Shown here in pieces: positions 29,603 through 38,313 of a stretch of 49,064 nucleotides of DNA; positions within the stretch are counted from its first letter, which is position 1, and each line of letters begins with the position of its first letter. The translations under genes and the position numbers were made by a program. Origin of the DNA: Planctomycetota bacterium (GTDB lineage Bacteria; Planctomycetota; PLA2; JAEUHO01); contig CBDCWP010000035.1 in NCBI GenBank assembly GCA_965223505.1, positions 1 to 49,064 on the forward strand, written 5' to 3'. Below the pieces are notes generated by a model that saw nothing but the letters and a program-made list of their open reading frames with translations, was not told where the DNA came from and ran no database searches.

Positions 29603-30934
29603 ATGAAGCGCACAGCCATCGTCTCGATCTTCGTGTTGCTCGCCGGCGCAGGACGCGCGTACGCGAAGAACGTCGATCTCGTCACGCTGCCGGATCGCGA
29701 GACCGTGCAGCTCACCATCTACAACTCCGAGGACATCACCCTGGTCAAGGAGACGCGTTACATCACGCTCAAGAGGGGTGCGAACCGTCTGCAGTTCTCA
29801 TGGGCCAACACGCTGATCGATCCTTCCAGCGTCGAATTCCGGCCGTTGGAGCACGCCGGCGACATCGAGGTCGCGCACACCACGTTCCCGGGGCAGAAAC
29901 CGCAGCACCTCATCTGGACGATCGCCTCGAAGTACGAGGGACAGGTCAAGGTCGAGGTGAGCTATTTCACGAGCGGTCTGACCTGGAACATGGACTACGT
30001 GGCGGTGACGGGACCGGACGAGAGGGACATGCGCTTCCGTGGCTTCGTCCGCGTGTTCAACCAGTCGGGCGAAGCGTACGAGAACGCCGAGGTGCGGCTG
30101 ATCGTCGGCTCGATCAACCTGGTCGAGAAGATCGCCGACCTGGCGCGCAGGAAGGGCATTCCGACGCCCGCGGCCGCGACGCCGGAGTACGACCAGCTGC
30201 GCATGGACGCGATGGAGAAGTCGATCGGGATGGCGGGTCGCCGCGCGCGGGATCAGCGCGAGGGCGCCAAGAAGATCGTGAAGGAAGGGCTCAGCGAGTA
30301 CTTCATGTTCACGGTCGACGGCACGGAGACCCTTCAGAACGGCTGGTCGAAGCGCATGCCCGCGGTCGACGCGCACGACATGAAATTCGAGATTCTCTAT
30401 CGCATGCGCGACTTCCAGTACGGTCCGCGGCCGGTCCGCTTCTTCGTCTGGCACAACGATGCCGAGCATCACCTCGGCGACGCGCCGCTTCCGAACGGGC
30501 TCGTGCGCGTGTTCCGCGAGAACGGCAACGACGGACTCAGCTACCTGGGACAGCAGCTGCTTCGCTATGTTCCGATCAAGGCGGAGATCGAGGTGAACCT
30601 CGGCCCCGACGATCTCGTCGTCTACGAGACGAAACAGGGCAAGACGGAACGGCGCAACTTTCGCTTCCATCGGGGCGGTGTCGTGGGCTGGGACGAACAC
30701 GCCCAATGGCGCGACCGAATTCGCAACTACCGCAAGGAGCCGATTCGTTTCGATCTGCGCCGGCGGTGGCAGGGCCACGTCGACTACGACGTCGAGCACG
30801 CGACGACGCTGTTCGACTTCCAGACAATCGAGGCGTCCTTCGAGATCGCGCCCCGCGGTAGCGCGACGTACGAGTACGCGGTCACGCGTCATCTCGGGAA
30901 GAACGGCTCCCAGAATCGAATCGAGTTGAGGTAG
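29603..30934 (+). CDS. Exported DUF4139-like protein
   Basis: Signal peptide; VQLTIYN, TLVKETR, IDPSSV, SYFTSGLTWNMDY and PLPNGLVRVF. Confidence 0.8.
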   Translation: MKRTAIVSIFVLLAGAGRAYAKNVDLVTLPDRETVQLTIYNSEDITLVKETRYITLKRGANRLQFSWANTLIDPSSVEFRPLEHAGDIEVAHTTFPGQKPQHLIWTIASKYEGQVKVEVSYFTSGLTWNMDYVAVTGPDERDMRFRGFVRVFNQSGEAYENAEVRLIVGSINLVEKIADLARRKGIPTPAAATPEYDQLRMDAMEKSIGMAGRRARDQREGAKKIVKEGLSEYFMFTVDGTETLQNGWSKRMPAVDAHDMKFEILYRMRDFQYGPRPVRFFVWHNDAEHHLGDAPLPNGLVRVFRENGNDGLSYLGQQLLRYVPIKAEIEVNLGPDDLVVYETKQGKTERRNFRFHRGGVVGWDEHAQWRDRIRNYRKEPIRFDLRRRWQGHVDYDVEHATTLFDFQTIEASFEIAPRGSATYEYAVTRHLGKNGSQNRIELR

Positions 30935-30992
30935 GGGCGACCTTCGTGGTCGCCCAGTCGCCCAATTGGGCAGCCACAAGGGCTGCCCCTAC
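30931..30992. repeat. GTAG-family REP doublet, copy 2
   Basis: GTAGGGGCGACCTTCGTGGTCGCCC ... GGGCAGCCACAAGGGCTGCCCCTAC. Confidence 0.9.
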
Positions 30993-31004
30993 AGAAAGAG
31001 TTCC

Positions 31005-31550
31005 CTACTCGTCCAGGCGCCGCCGCGAGTCCGGAACGCTGCTGCCCCGGTGCTTCCAGCCGCAATAGTCGACGATCTGATCCTGTAGCGCCTTGCCGCG
31101 CTTCTTCGACGTCACGTTCATCATGAAATGGCGCTCCTTGCCCGTCAGCACCACGTCGAAGCTCTGCACCTTCAGGCTCGGATACGTCTCGTGGACCGAC
31201 TCCGATCCCGTCGGCATCGCGATCTGCGTCACTAGATCGACGCCGTCGAAGTCCTCGAACCGGCCGACCTGCTCCGGGTTCAGCCCCAGCAGCCCCTTCT
31301 TGCGGCTGATCGTCTGCTCCTTGGCGTCGAACTTGTAGATCGGACAGCTGAACATCCCGCGAATCGCCTCGATCGTCAGGAAGAGGCCGCCCGCGAGCAG
31401 CGCGATGCCCGGCGCGAGGTAGGCGATGCCGTCACCGCCCTTGAACGCGATCAGCAGGATCCCGCCGATGAGGCACGCGTCGCCCGCGAACAGCTGCATG
31501 AAGCGGCGCCTCGTGATCGGAGCGGTCCGGACGTGGAGCGGCTGCGCCAT
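31005..31550 (-). CDS. Hypothetical membrane protein (2 TM + soluble domain)
   Basis: ATG 31550; two hydrophobic helices followed by a beta-rich domain. Confidence 0.7.
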   Translation of the reverse strand: MAQPLHVRTAPITRRRFMQLFAGDACLIGGILLIAFKGGDGIAYLAPGIALLAGGLFLTIEAIRGMFSCPIYKFDAKEQTISRKKGLLGLNPEQVGRFEDFDGVDLVTQIAMPTGSESVHETYPSLKVQSFDVVLTGKERHFMMNVTSKKRGKALQDQIVDYCGWKHRGSSVPDSRRRLDE

Positions 31551-31591
31551 ACGGGTGTTGTACACCGCGCACAGCCGCCCTCAAACGGCGG

Positions 31592-33859
31592 CTACTTCGC
31601 CAGCGACTTGGCCTTGGTGACGACGTTGAGGAACTCGCGCCGCAACGACCCTTCGTCCTCTCCGACCAGCGGCTTCGCGATCTCGAGCACCGCGTCGTAG
31701 TTGGTCTGGCCCAGGTGCGCCGAACCCCGCAGCAGCATGCCGAAGCCCGCCACGGCCGCCGCCCACTGAAAGTCGTCGTCGGCCTTCTCGAAGCTCAGGC
31801 CCTCGTCCATGGCGAACTGCTCCATGAGCACGCTGCGCAGGCTCTCGGGCTGCTTGTAGCGCAGGCGCAGCTTGAACAGCGCCTTGCTGTCCGCCATCGG
31901 CGGCTGCGCCTTCTCCTTTTCGGGCTCGGCGTCGGCCGGGTCCACGAACGGGTTCGGATCCACGCGCGGCCCGGGCAGGTGGATGCCCGCCGGCACCAGC
32001 TCGTAGAGCGCCGTGACCGTGTGCCCCGCGCCGATCTCACCCGCGTCCTTCGCGTCGTCGTTGAAGTCGCGTGCGGCCAGGCGCCGGTTCTCGTAGCCGA
32101 TCAGCCGGTAGCCGGCGACCCGCTTGGGGTTGAACTGCACCTGGATCTTGACGTCCTTGGCAATCGTCACCAGCGCGCCGGTCAGCTCTTCGACGAAGAT
32201 CTTGCGCGCCTCCTTCTCGCCGTCCACGTACGCGTAGTTGCCGTTGCCCTTGTTGCTGAGCTCCTCCATCTGGGCGTCCTTGAGGTTGCCCTGGCCGAAC
32301 CCCACGACGCTCAGGAACACGTTCGACTTGGCCTTCTCCTGGATCAGGGCGACCAGCCCGGCGCGGTCGGAGATGCCGACGTTGAAGTCGCCGTCGGTCA
32401 GCAGCACCACGCGGTTGACGCCGCCTTCGATGAAGTGCTTCTGCGCTTCGTCGTAGGCCATCTGAATGCCGGAGCCGCCGTTGGTCGAGCCGCCCGCGCG
32501 CAAGCCGTCGATGACCTTGGCGACGTTGTCGAACTCGCCTGCGGACGTGGAGGCCAATGCGACCTGCGCCTGGCCCGCGTAGGTCACGATGCCGACGCGG
32601 TCGTCGCCGTCGAGGGACTCGAGCATCATCTTCAGGCCCTTGACCGCAAGCGGCAGCTTGTTGGCGTCGCGCATGGACCCCGACACGTCGACGAGGAACA
32701 CGAGGTTGGCCGAGGGACGCTCGTGCGTCTCCATGGTCTTCCCCTTGAGCGCGACCCGTGCCAGCCGGTGCTGCGGGTTCCACGGGCACGCAGCGATCTG
32801 CACGTGCGCTGCGAACGGATGCGTCGCGTCGTCCGCGGGCGCTTCGTACGCGTAGGGGAAGTAGTTGATCAGCTCTTCCACCCGCACGGCCTGCGGTGGG
32901 GGCAGCCGGTTGTTCTGCACGAGGAAGCGACGCACGTTGGCGTACGAAGCCGTGTCCACGTCGATGCTGAACGTCGAGGTGTGCACGTCGATCGTACGCG
33001 TGAACGGGTTCTCCCGGACGCTGTCGTAGGCCTCGGTGCCGGGGATGGTCACGCGCGGGTTGAAGCCCTCAGAGCCGAAGCCCCCGTGACCCTCGCGACC
33101 GAAAAACCTCCCGTGCGGCGCGCTTCCGGCGCTGCCGTAGTGCAGGTTCCACGAAACGCCGTCCACCGGCTTGCTGTCGGCGCCCCCGTTTCCGCCGCCG
33201 GCGACACCCGTTCCGCCCATGACCAGCCCGATGCTCGGTGTCGTGGGTGTCGGCGGCGGCGGTCCCGGCGGGATGAGACCGCCCGGCTCCATCGTGACGG
33301 TGCTCGGCCCTCCGCTCTCGGCCACCGGGCCCTGGCCCCGCGTCTCGTACGTACGTGCCGCCGTCGCGCCTTCCAGCAGGGCGCGCCTCGCCGCGGCCTC
33401 CTCGGTGACCTCCATCAGCGTCTCGTCGACCGTCGTCTGCGGATCGCCCACGGATTCGGCGTTGTCACCGTCCCCGGCAAAGAGCATGTGTCCCTCCTCC
33501 GGCGGGCTCCGGAAGCCGTTCTCCGACCCGCGCGTCTGCGAGGCCAGCACCAGCACCGGCACCGCGACCAACACGGCCGCTGCGACTGCCAAACGCCCGT
33601 AGCCGCCTCCGCTCGACGCGGTCGAGACCGACGCGTCGGACGCGTCGAGAATCGCGGCGCGCTGTTCGGCCTTCAGCGCCGGCGTGCCTTCGACGGTAAG
33701 TTCCTTCTCCATGCTCGTCGCGAGCGCGCGCAGCGCTTCGATCTCGGCGGTGACGGCGTCGTCGCCTGCGATCTCCGCTTCGAACGCGGCCCGTTGTTCG
33801 TCGTCCAGCTCGCCGAGCACGTACGCCGTCAGGCGCGGGTCATCCTTGTCGATACGCAT
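31592..33859 (-). CDS. Anti-sigma domain + TM fused to YfbK-like VWA protein
   Basis: ATG 33859 overlaps the sigma TGA. LTAYVLGELDDEQRAAFE (anti-sigma-like, no Zn Cys), TM, STFSIDVDTASY, VRVEELINYF, MIDAS DVSGS..TDGDFNVG, DAGEIGAGH. Confidence 0.9.
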   Translation of the reverse strand: MRIDKDDPRLTAYVLGELDDEQRAAFEAEIAGDDAVTAEIEALRALATSMEKELTVEGTPALKAEQRAAILDASDASVSTASSGGGYGRLAVAAAVLVAVPVLVLASQTRGSENGFRSPPEEGHMLFAGDGDNAESVGDPQTTVDETLMEVTEEAAARRALLEGATAARTYETRGQGPVAESGGPSTVTMEPGGLIPPGPPPPTPTTPSIGLVMGGTGVAGGGNGGADSKPVDGVSWNLHYGSAGSAPHGRFFGREGHGGFGSEGFNPRVTIPGTEAYDSVRENPFTRTIDVHTSTFSIDVDTASYANVRRFLVQNNRLPPPQAVRVEELINYFPYAYEAPADDATHPFAAHVQIAACPWNPQHRLARVALKGKTMETHERPSANLVFLVDVSGSMRDANKLPLAVKGLKMMLESLDGDDRVGIVTYAGQAQVALASTSAGEFDNVAKVIDGLRAGGSTNGGSGIQMAYDEAQKHFIEGGVNRVVLLTDGDFNVGISDRAGLVALIQEKAKSNVFLSVVGFGQGNLKDAQMEELSNKGNGNYAYVDGEKEARKIFVEELTGALVTIAKDVKIQVQFNPKRVAGYRLIGYENRRLAARDFNDDAKDAGEIGAGHTVTALYELVPAGIHLPGPRVDPNPFVDPADAEPEKEKAQPPMADSKALFKLRLRYKQPESLRSVLMEQFAMDEGLSFEKADDDFQWAAAVAGFGMLLRGSAHLGQTNYDAVLEIAKPLVGEDEGSLRREFLNVVTKAKSLAK

Positions 33860-34401
33860 CACTTGGTCCTTCCACTGGTGGCGGGCGAGAGGGACTCGCC
33901 CATCTGGGCGCGCAGGGCCTTCATCGCGGTGTGGAGGATGAACCCGACGTTGCCGACCGAGGCCCGGGTCACCACGGCGATCTCGCGGTAGCTCAGTCCG
34001 TCCTGGAACTTGAGCCGCACCATCTCCTGTTGGCGGGGCGAGAGCCGTTCGATGCACGCCATGAGGTGCGTGCGTTGATCGGCGGCTTCCGCCTTGTGGG
34101 TGGGGGGCGCGTCGTCGCTTTGCTTGGTGTCGAGCGTGGCATCGTCGAGTGCGTGCATCCGTCCGTCCTTGCGCAGGTGGTCGATGGACCGATTGCGGCA
34201 CACCGTGTAGAGCCACTGGGCGAGGTGGTCCTCGACGGCGTCGCGGGGCTGCGTGCACAAACGCAAAAAGCAGTCCTGGACGATGTCGCGGGCGGCCTCG
34301 AGATCGCCGACCCGGCGCCGGGCGTACCGCAGCAGCGGGCCCTCGTACTTGTCGAGGGCCGCGGCCAGCCACACCTTGCGGTCCGGGGGGCTCGTGCTCA
34401 T
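33859..34401 (-). CDS. ECF sigma factor
   Basis: ATG 34401; ARDIVQDCF, WLYTVCRNRSIDHLRK, LSPRQQEMVRLKFQDGLSYREIA. Confidence 0.92.
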   Translation of the reverse strand: MSTSPPDRKVWLAAALDKYEGPLLRYARRRVGDLEAARDIVQDCFLRLCTQPRDAVEDHLAQWLYTVCRNRSIDHLRKDGRMHALDDATLDTKQSDDAPPTHKAEAADQRTHLMACIERLSPRQQEMVRLKFQDGLSYREIAVVTRASVGNVGFILHTAMKALRAQMGESLSPATSGRTK

Positions 34402-34477
34402 GGGGCGCGTTCGTCGGTCTCCACCTGCTCTACGCGGAGGACACGTCCTTATTAGAGCCGATCCCTGGCGGTTCGCG

Positions 34478-34567
34478 GGCGGGGCCACGCCCGGGCCTAC
34501 GGCAACGGCGTTCGTCACGCGCCGCTGAGGTGTCGCCGGCGGGGCCTCGCCCCGCCCCGACGGCAAC
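34478..34567. repeat. Two degenerate direct copies of a palindromic REP-like unit
   Basis: ggcggggccacgcccgggcctacggcaac and ggcggggcctcgccccgccccgacggcaac; on the minus strand they begin GTAGG/GTCGG. Confidence 0.45.
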
Positions 34568-34639
34568 TGCGTCGTCGCGCGCCACCGGGAGCCACCCTCG
34601 GATACCCTCTCGGCAGACGCGCACCAAGGGAGCCGACGC

Positions 34640-35224
34640 ATGAGTGACGAGGGCATCCGCATCGTGGTCGTACAGGGCAGCGTGCGGCCGGGCAACTACA
34701 CGGGTAAGGCCGTCGCGCTGGTGCTCGACGAGCTCAGCAAGAACGGCATCGCCGTCGATCACGTCGATCCCACCGACATGGACCTCGCATTGCCCGGCAA
34801 GCCCGGCGGCAACGAGGCCGCGTCGAAGCTGCAGGCACTCGTCGGAAGCGCGACCGGCGTCGTGCTCGCGACCCCCGAGTATCACGGCAGCTACAGCAGC
34901 GGCATGAAGCTGGTGATCGACAACCTCGGCTTCCCGTCCAGCCTGTCGGGCAAGCCGGTGGCGCTGTTGGGTGTCGCGGCCGGCGTGATCGGCGCAATCA
35001 AGGCGTTGGAGCACTTGCGAAGTGTGTGTTCGCACGTTGGTGCGATCGTGCTGCCGGGGCCGGTCTCGGTCGCCGGCGTCATGAAGGTGTTCGACGAGGA
35101 CGGCAACTGCCTGGACGAGAGGGTCGAGGAGCGCGTACGCGGCGTGGCGACGGCGTTGTTGGACTACATCAAGGGCGCCATCTGCCCGGCGATCGCACTC
35201 GAGCGCCTCGTTCGCGAGTCCTGA
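34640..35224 (+). CDS. NAD(P)H-dependent FMN reductase (flavodoxin-like)
   Basis: GSVRPGN, LATPEYHGSYS, GKPVALLG. Confidence 0.9.
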   Translation: MSDEGIRIVVVQGSVRPGNYTGKAVALVLDELSKNGIAVDHVDPTDMDLALPGKPGGNEAASKLQALVGSATGVVLATPEYHGSYSSGMKLVIDNLGFPSSLSGKPVALLGVAAGVIGAIKALEHLRSVCSHVGAIVLPGPVSVAGVMKVFDEDGNCLDERVEERVRGVATALLDYIKGAICPAIALERLVRES

Positions 35225-35257
35225 CCGACACGATCCCCGAGCCCGACGACGACGCGA

Positions 35258-35836
35258 CTACTTGGGATAGCTCCCTCTCTCCTGCATCCACTTCGACACC
35301 GCCTTCATCCGCTTGCGGTACTGATGCGGCGGCTCGAACGGCACCGGTCCGGCCGTCTTCGCCGCGGCCCGCACGCGCGCCGCCTGCGCCGGCATCCCGT
35401 TGTCGCCGTAGTGACTCACGTTCTCGACCGCCATGCGCGCCGTCACCGCCAACACCGAGTAGTTCTTTCCGTCGAGCAACAGATAGCCGAGCGTTCGCCC
35501 GTACGGATCCTTCTGCCCGGACCGCAAGAGCTGCACGCGATCCGCGACCGCGATGCATCCGCGCAGGAACCCGGCCGCTTCGTAGCCGAACGGCTGCGGA
35601 TAGGGGAGCTCGTGCTCGAGGTGCATCACCTCGGGAGTGTCGATGCCCAGGATGCGCACCTCTTCGCGCCTTCTCGTCCAGTGAATCGCGACCGTGTCCC
35701 CGTCGTCGAAGCGCAGCAGGGACTTCGGAACGTCCACCGCAGGCGAGCGGGCTTCCGCCGGATCGGGACTCGACCCGATCAGGAGTTGGACGGCGATCAG
35801 CAGGGTCGCGATGACGAGAACGAAGGCGATGCGCAT
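35258..35836 (-). CDS. Thermonuclease (SNase) family protein, exported
   Basis: DGDT, VRILGIDTPE, DPYGRTLGY. Confidence 0.9.
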   Translation of the reverse strand: MRIAFVLVIATLLIAVQLLIGSSPDPAEARSPAVDVPKSLLRFDDGDTVAIHWTRRREEVRILGIDTPEVMHLEHELPYPQPFGYEAAGFLRGCIAVADRVQLLRSGQKDPYGRTLGYLLLDGKNYSVLAVTARMAVENVSHYGDNGMPAQAARVRAAAKTAGPVPFEPPHQYRKRMKAVSKWMQERGSYPK

Positions 35837-35909
35837 GGGGGACTCCTTGGGTGCGCCGCGATCCTAGCGATCCGCGCGCGCGGAGTCATCGCGCCGACGG
35901 GTGTCCGGG

Positions 35910-36518
35910 TCACTCCCCCGTCTTCGCGTCGCTCTCCTGCGCCTTCTTCTCGGCCTCTTCCAGGTCGATCGACGCCGAGTTGATGCAGTAGCGCAGTCCC
36001 GTCGGATTCGGGCCGTCGTTGAAGACGTGTCCCAGGTGTGCGTCACAGCGGCTGCAGCGCACCTCCGTGCGGATCATGCCGTGGCTCTTGTCCTCGATCT
36101 CGGTGATGTTCGCGCCTTCGAGCGGCTCGAAGAAGCTCGGCCACCCGCAGCCGGAGTCGAACTTCACGTCGGACTTGAAGAGCGGAAGGCCGCAGCAAAC
36201 GCACTCGTACGTGCCGTCCGTCTTGGTGTTCCAGTACTTCCCCGTGAACGCGCGCTCCGTGCCGGCCTGCCGCGTCACGCGGTACTGCTCGGGCGAGAGC
36301 TGCTCGCGCCACTCCTCGTCGGACTTGACGACTTTCTCGGACACCCCGGGCCTCCAAACGTTGGACGCTTCATCGACGGTCGCCGCCGGCGGAAGTTTCG
36401 GCGCGTTGTAGGGCGTCGCGCCGGCGTTGTCGTCGCGGTCTTCGCCGGCGTTGATGTAGACGGCGGCCAGCGCGAACACGGCCGCCAACGCTGCGATCCA
36501 GATCCAGGCGAGTTTCAT
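35910..36518 (-). CDS. msrB: Peptide-methionine (R)-S-oxide reductase with N-terminal signal/anchor
   Basis: [34 protein letters not shown]; two CxxC Zn motifs. Confidence 0.97.
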   Translation of the reverse strand: MKLAWIWIAALAAVFALAAVYINAGEDRDDNAGATPYNAPKLPPAATVDEASNVWRPGVSEKVVKSDEEWREQLSPEQYRVTRQAGTERAFTGKYWNTKTDGTYECVCCGLPLFKSDVKFDSGCGWPSFFEPLEGANITEIEDKSHGMIRTEVRCSRCDAHLGHVFNDGPNPTGLRYCINSASIDLEEAEKKAQESDAKTGE

Positions 36519-36552
36519 GCCCCGATTCTAGCCGACGGGCCGGGGCGTCTTC

Positions 36553-37527
36553 CTACGCGCGCGTCTGAAGGTCGAATGTCCGGATTCGCCCGCCCGTCTT
36601 GCGCGGCGTGACCGTGCCGCGCCACTGCCACGGGACCTCGAGCGGATCGCCGTCGATGACCAACTCGAACGACGCCTCGCCGCCCTTGCTCACGCGCACC
36701 GGCTCGCCGATCGGGAAGAAGACCTGGTGCCAGTGGGTGCCGCGCTTCCACGGGCTCGTCGTGATGTGCGTCTGCGCTGAGAGATCCGCGGTGAACCAAC
36801 CCACGAAGCCGTGCAGGTTGCCCGCGCGGGTGAAGCGAAACGTCGCCCTCTGGCGTTTCGGAAGCCGGTTGATCGTCAAGCAGTCGATCGACGAGATGCA
36901 CTGCGGCATCGCCAGCCGCGTCGGCGTCTCGTCGGCGAACATGTAGACGCTGTTGTACGAGAGCTGCTGGTACGGCGAGAAGTCCATGCCGTCGTAGGCG
37001 CGCTTCCAGTACGTGATCCCGTCGTACAGGCTCTTGCCTTGCACGGGCGCGATCATCTGGTCGAAGCGGCTCGGCAGCATCCGGCCCTTGGGCTTGAGCA
37101 TCTGCCTGCGCAGTCGCGCCATGACCGCGACGATGCCTTCGTCGAACCCGAAGTACCCGAGCAGCTCGCACAGGATGACGTCGGCCTTCACCTTCGGAAG
37201 ACGGCCTCGGCGCAGGTCCATCTTGTGGAACTCGATGTTCGCGTCCGGGAAGTTGGCCGCCTTCACCTCGCGCGCGAACTCGACCACCGGGCTCGCGTCG
37301 ATGCCGATGACGCGCTTGGCGCCGCAGCGGTGCGCGAGAAACGCGAGGATGCCCGTGCCCGTTGCGGCGTCGACGACGACGTCGCCCGGCTTCACGACCT
37401 CCTTGATCGCCTTGGTCATGAGCCGCAGCCGGCTCTTGTCCTCGAGCATGGTCTGATGCGAGCTGAGATCGAAGCCGTTCGAGTCCGGATCCGAGTGGAT
37501 CTCTTCCATGTGCGCGGCGGGCGGCAT
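36553..37527 (-). CDS. Protein arginine N-methyltransferase-like SAM methyltransferase
   Basis: HQTMLEDKSR, VVVDAATGTGIL, ADVILCELLGYFGFDE (double-E loop), LKPKGRMLP, GFVGWF, GTHWHQ (THW loop). Confidence 0.85.
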   Translation of the reverse strand: MPPAAHMEEIHSDPDSNGFDLSSHQTMLEDKSRLRLMTKAIKEVVKPGDVVVDAATGTGILAFLAHRCGAKRVIGIDASPVVEFAREVKAANFPDANIEFHKMDLRRGRLPKVKADVILCELLGYFGFDEGIVAVMARLRRQMLKPKGRMLPSRFDQMIAPVQGKSLYDGITYWKRAYDGMDFSPYQQLSYNSVYMFADETPTRLAMPQCISSIDCLTINRLPKRQRATFRFTRAGNLHGFVGWFTADLSAQTHITTSPWKRGTHWHQVFFPIGEPVRVSKGGEASFELVIDGDPLEVPWQWRGTVTPRKTGGRIRTFDLQTRA

Positions 37528-37608
37528 GCGTCGGGTGTGTCCTGTTCCTTCGAAGGCCCGAAGGGTACGACCGATCCGGAGCCTCGTTGGGTTATTCGCT
37601 ACGGTTTC

Positions 37609-37640
37609 GATGTACGGACCGGGGGGCTCGAAGCGTCAAA
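37609..37640 (+). promoter_or_regulatory. Candidate ECF promoter, copy 1 (GATGTACGG-N16-CGTC)
   Basis: Same motif and spacing recur at 38264-38292. Confidence 0.7.
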
Positions 37641-37680
37641 CCTCGTTCGGGTACGCTTGCCCCTCGTACGGAGACATGTC

Positions 37681-38265
37681 TTGAGCGATCGCGAGCTGGT
37701 CCGGCGCTGTATCGACGGCGAAACCGGTGCGTGGAACACGCTCGTCCGCCGGCATCTCGATCTGCTCTACGCCTTGGTCGCGAAGATCCTGAGGCCTCAG
37801 CTCCAGTTCGAGGCCGAACCCGAGATCGAAGACGTGCTGCAAGCCGTCTTCACCAAGCTCTGGGCCGATGATCGCCGACGCCTGCGCGCCTTCGAAGGCC
37901 GAGCGAGGCTTTCGACCTGGCTCGTCGTCATCGCGCGCCGGGAGGCGCTGGATCGACTGCGCGGCCGCGGCATTCGGGAGCGCTCGAAGGCGGACTACGA
38001 CATCGTCATGGCCGCGGCCGTGTCTTCCGAGGACGACGTCGATCCCGTGCACGCCTCCGAGCGAGCGGAAGAGCAGGCCGCCGTGGGCGCGGCGCTCGCC
38101 CAGCTGCCGCCCCGTGATCGGCTGCTGCTGCAGCTGATCTACGGCGAAGACTGCGCCTACGCCGAGGTCGCCCGGCTGCTCGACGTGGCGGAGAACTCCA
38201 TCGGGCCGATGCTGCAGCGCGCGCGCAAGCGCCTGCGCACCGTGCTCGAGAAGGAGACGACCTGA
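37681..38265 (+). CDS. ECF sigma factor
   Basis: TTG 37681 (LSDRELVRRC); EIEDVLQAVF, LRAFEGRARLSTWLVVIARREALD, LPPRDRLLLQL..YAEVARLL..RARKRLR. Confidence 0.92.
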   Translation: MSDRELVRRCIDGETGAWNTLVRRHLDLLYALVAKILRPQLQFEAEPEIEDVLQAVFTKLWADDRRRLRAFEGRARLSTWLVVIARREALDRLRGRGIRERSKADYDIVMAAAVSSEDDVDPVHASERAEEQAAVGAALAQLPPRDRLLLQLIYGEDCAYAEVARLLDVAENSIGPMLQRARKRLRTVLEKETT

Positions 38266-38295
38266 TGTACGGCTTTCGACCCTCGCCCCGTCGAA
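38264..38295 (+). promoter_or_regulatory. Candidate ECF promoter, copy 2 (GATGTACGG-N16-CGTC)
   Basis: Starts within the sigma stop codon; followed by GGAGG and ATG 38314. Confidence 0.7.
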
Positions 38296-38313
38296 TCCGG
38301 AGGCCACAAGGCA

